NCBI GenBank assembly: GCA_014382685.1 | Contig: JACNJG010000035.1 | Coordinates: forward strand, 1 to 15,883 | Source of the DNA: Candidatus Cloacimonadota bacterium | Lineage (GTDB): Bacteria; Cloacimonadota; Cloacimonadia; JGIOTU-2 | Length of the DNA stretch: 15,883 nt | Reading direction: 5' to 3' | In this document: positions 13,243-15,883 of the stretch, in pieces | Position numbering within the stretch: the first letter of the stretch is position 1 | Layout: every line of letters starts with the position of its first letter | Program-made: the position numbers and the translations under genes | The notes under the pieces: generated by a model | Seen by the model: only the letters and a program-made list of their open reading frames with translations | Told to the model about the DNA's origin: nothing | The model's database searches: none

Positions 13243-15883
13243 TGAAGTCCACCTTCATATTTTCTATAAAGTGTCCATTATTCTGCAAATATCTGTAAAG
13301 ATTTTTATGCGGATATATTTTATAACGTTGCGATTCTATCCTGAGAGTGCCGAAAAGTTTTGTGCGAACATTGAACACAACTCTGAAATTTCCAGGATGA
13401 GTGAGTATCTGTTCTTCCACGAAATGCTTCAAATCCTTTTCCGAGTATTGAGTTTCATCTATTTCAAAGGAGATATTGCCGGAAATATCTTTTTGCCAAT
13501 TTTCTTCGTGAATGATCTGATCTGCAACAATAGAGAGTCGTTCCTGATTTTCTCTTACTTTTGAAGAGAGTTTTCCGATGACATAAATAATATCTTTCTC
13601 ATTTATGAGATCACCGAATTTTGTATATTCATTAGAGAAAAGAACAACTTCGAATTTGTCATGCAAATCTTCGCAAGAGACAAAAGCCATTGTGCGTTTT
13701 TTCTTATCTTTGATCAATTTTATTCCGGCTACAATGCCGATCATTCTTATCTCTTGATTGCGCAAGGTGTCGCGTTTGCCTCTTTTTACGAGTTTCTTGT
13801 ATTGTTTGGTGTTAAGATTAGTAAGGGTTTGAATATCTTTTTCATAGGATGTGAGAGGATGTCCTGAAATGTAGAAACCTAATAAATCTTTTTCGAGATC
13901 GAGGCGCCTGCCGAAATCCCATTCTTTTTTGTCTGGAAGCAGAGGATATAGATCATGATCATTTACCTGCATGGATGCAAAAAGTGAAGATTGTCCTTTT
14001 TGGCGTTCACGCAGTTTCTGTGAACCGAATTCCAGCGCAATTTCCACTACAGTGTATAGCTGAGCTCTATTGCCATCGAAGTCATCAAGGGCACCTGCAC
14101 CAATAAGACTTTCCAGTGCAGTTTTATTAAGCTGATTTGCATCGACTTCTTCGCATAATTCGAAAATATTCTTAAAGGGTGGATGTTTTTTTCGTGTTTC
14201 TACGATCGCCCTGATTGCATTTTCTCCAAGACTTTTGATCGCTTTCAAACCAAATATTATCTTACCGTCTTTTACTGTGAAATTGTAGTCACTAAAGTTC
14301 ACATTCGGATGAAGCACTTCTATGTTCATTTTATGACATACTTCGATAAGACGAGCGATCTTTGCAGTATCCTTTTCTACGGTCATTAAAGCTGCCATAA
14401 ATTCTGCGGTATAATGGGTTTTCAAATAAGCGGTTTGGTACGAAATAATACTATAGGCAACACTGTGAGATTTATTGAAACCGTACCTGCCAAAGGTTTC
14501 GATACGCTCGAATATCCCGATGGCTTTTTCTCTGGATATGCCGTTTTTTACTGCACCTTCGATGAAAAGAGGGCGGTATTTATCCATGAGCGATTTGTCT
14601 TTTTTGCCCATCGCTTTTCTTAGAATATCGGCTTCGCTCAGAGAAAATCCGGCTAATGTATGTGCGATTTGAATTACCTGCTCCTGGAAGACGATCACAC
14701 CATAAGTCGTACGCAGAATGTCCTCGAGCATTGGATCCAGATAATCGACCTCTTCCTCATTATTTTTTCTGCGGATATAGACTTCATGCATGCCGCTATC
14801 CAGAGTGCCGGGACGGTACAGCGCATTGCAGATAGCAAGGTCTTCGATGGAATTCGGCTTGATACGTTTGAGAATTCCTCTCATTCCCGAGCTTTCAAAT
14901 TGGAATACGCCATCAGTTTCTGCTGTATGAAAGAGTTTGTAGGTTTCGGTATCATGCAGGTTGATTTCATCTATTTCGAGTTCTATACCATGATGTTTTT
15001 TGATGAGCTGCAGGGCTTTTTCTATGATTGTAAGGTTCTTTAATCCCAGACAATCAATTTTCAGTAAACCCAGTTTTTCGAGACATTTCCCATCATACTG
15101 GGTTATGATAGTCTTATCTTTTGGGCTTATTGCAAGGGGAATATGATTGGTGAGATTATCCGGTGCGATCACCACACCTGCAGCATGCACTCCTATATGT
15201 CTCGGTAAACCTTCGAGAGTTTTGGAATATTCCCAAAGCTCTTTATATTCATCTTTTGAGTTGACCAGCTCACGTAATTTTTCATTCTGATCATAGGCGC
15301 TTTCAAGATATACGTCCGGTCCTACGGGAATAAGCTTTGCAATTGCATCAACTTCATAAAGAGGAATGCTCATAGCTCTGCCGACATCGCGAATAACCAT
15401 TTTTGCACCAAGACTTCCCAGAGTGCCGATCTGGCTAACGTTCACGCGACCATATTTCTTCACAATATAATCGAGCACTTTTGGACGGGTTTCATTAGAA
15501 AAATCAGTATCGATATCCGGCATGCTGACTCGGGCTGGATTGAGGAAACGCTCAAAGAAAAGATTGTATCTGATGGGATCGACCCTTGTGATATCAATAA
15601 GATATGCCACGATACTTCCAGCACAGGAACCTCGTCCTGGTCCTACCATGACTCCCATTTCTCTCGCTGATTTGATGATGTCCCACACGATCAGAAAATA
15701 ACTGACAAAACCCATTTCTTTTATTACTGCAAGCTCATGTTCAATGCGGTTTTTTATTTCGTTGGTGAACTCATCATATTTTTTCTCAACTCCCTCATAC
15801 ACCAGTTTTTTCAAAAATTCATAATCGTCCGAGTATCCTTCGGGAAGCGAGAAATTGGGGAAGATAAAGCCATCATAATCAAG
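13232..15883 (-). CDS. dnaE: DNA polymerase III alpha subunit (DnaE), partial: N-terminal PHP region lies beyond the window end
   Basis: The frame remains open from 15814 to 15883 (my translation LDYDGFIFPNFSLPEGYSDDYEFLKKLVYEG...), so the TTG at 15814 is not the start. Hallmarks: PDIDTDF, RHIGVHAAGVVI, GLLKIDCLGLKNLT, FQFESSGMR, RPGTLDSGM, FGRYGFNKSHSVAYS, and a C-terminal OB-fold region (MAFVSCEDLHDKFEVVLFS). TAA stop at 13234..13232. Confidence 0.95.
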   Translation of the reverse strand, partial: LDYDGFIFPNFSLPEGYSDDYEFLKKLVYEGVEKKYDEFTNEIKNRIEHELAVIKEMGFVSYFLIVWDIIKSAREMGVMVGPGRGSCAGSIVAYLIDITRVDPIRYNLFFERFLNPARVSMPDIDTDFSNETRPKVLDYIVKKYGRVNVSQIGTLGSLGAKMVIRDVGRAMSIPLYEVDAIAKLIPVGPDVYLESAYDQNEKLRELVNSKDEYKELWEYSKTLEGLPRHIGVHAAGVVIAPDNLTNHIPLAISPKDKTIITQYDGKCLEKLGLLKIDCLGLKNLTIIEKALQLIKKHHGIELEIDEINLHDTETYKLFHTAETDGVFQFESSGMRGILKRIKPNSIEDLAICNALYRPGTLDSGMHEVYIRRKNNEEEVDYLDPMLEDILRTTYGVIVFQEQVIQIAHTLAGFSLSEADILRKAMGKKDKSLMDKYRPLFIEGAVKNGISREKAIGIFERIETFGRYGFNKSHSVAYSIISYQTAYLKTHYTAEFMAALMTVEKDTAKIARLIEVCHKMNIEVLHPNVNFSDYNFTVKDGKIIFGLKAIKSLGENAIRAIVETRKKHPPFKNIFELCEEVDANQLNKTALESLIGAGALDDFDGNRAQLYTVVEIALEFGSQKLRERQKGQSSLFASMQVNDHDLYPLLPDKKEWDFGRRLDLEKDLLGFYISGHPLTSYEKDIQTLTNLNTKQYKKLVKRGKRDTLRNQEIRMIGIVAGIKLIKDKKKRTMAFVSCEDLHDKFEVVLFSNEYTKFGDLINEKDIIYVIGKLSSKVRENQERLSIVADQIIHEENWQKDISGNISFEIDETQYSEKDLKHFVEEQILTHPGNFRVVFNVRTKLFGTLRIESQRYKIYPHKNLYRYLQNNGHFIENMKVDFNEK

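Noticed and set aside
1-15883. Search for tRNA/rRNA genes, CRISPR repeats, IS elements or transposases, integrases, long direct or inverted repeats, and defence or toxin-antitoxin modules
   Set aside because: The non-coding gaps (6 to 171 nt) are too short for structured RNA genes. I saw no periodic repeat-spacer pattern, no transposase or integrase motifs and no terminal inverted repeats. YraN is a conserved housekeeping-type family here rather than part of a recognisable defence island.

Overview
This is an AT-rich, very densely coded bacterial chromosomal segment. By my count only about 400 nt lie outside the ORFs I accept. I recognised no rRNA, tRNA, CRISPR array, transposase or integrase.

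Minus strand, right to left:
- dnaE, with its 5' end off-window, overlaps a GWxTD-domain gene by 11 nt.
- priA follows.
- Next is a four-gene block chained by overlaps or a 5-nt gap: a GGPP-type short-chain polyprenyl synthase, a UbiA-family prenyltransferase (DGGGP-synthase-like), a GGGP-synthase/PcrB-family TIM barrel, and a PHP-family CpsB/YwqE-like phosphoesterase.
- Further left is an operon of an SDR epimerase/dehydratase, an atypical methyltransferase-like protein and a UPF0104 flippase-like membrane protein.
- The N-terminus of a secreted protein then runs off the window start.

Plus strand:
- yraN (UPF0102 endonuclease-like).
- A large surface-protein gene (signal peptide, right-handed beta-helix, cohesin-dockerin-cohesin, T9SS C-terminal sorting domain). 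A single in-frame TGA splits it into two ORFs.

The most interesting content is the archaeal-type isoprenoid ether-lipid cassette (GGPPS/DGGGPS/GGGPS) in an unmistakably bacterial context, extended by a translationally coupled PHP phosphoesterase. Homologues of these lipid genes have been reported in FCB-superphylum bacteria, so the core is not unprecedented. The coupled phosphoesterase and the neighbouring lipid-modification-like operon are the less explored parts.

The T9SS tail, the GWxTD protein, the AT-richness and the GGGPS/DGGGPS pair suggest an FCB-superphylum, Cloacimonadota-like organism. That is inference only, since no search was possible.
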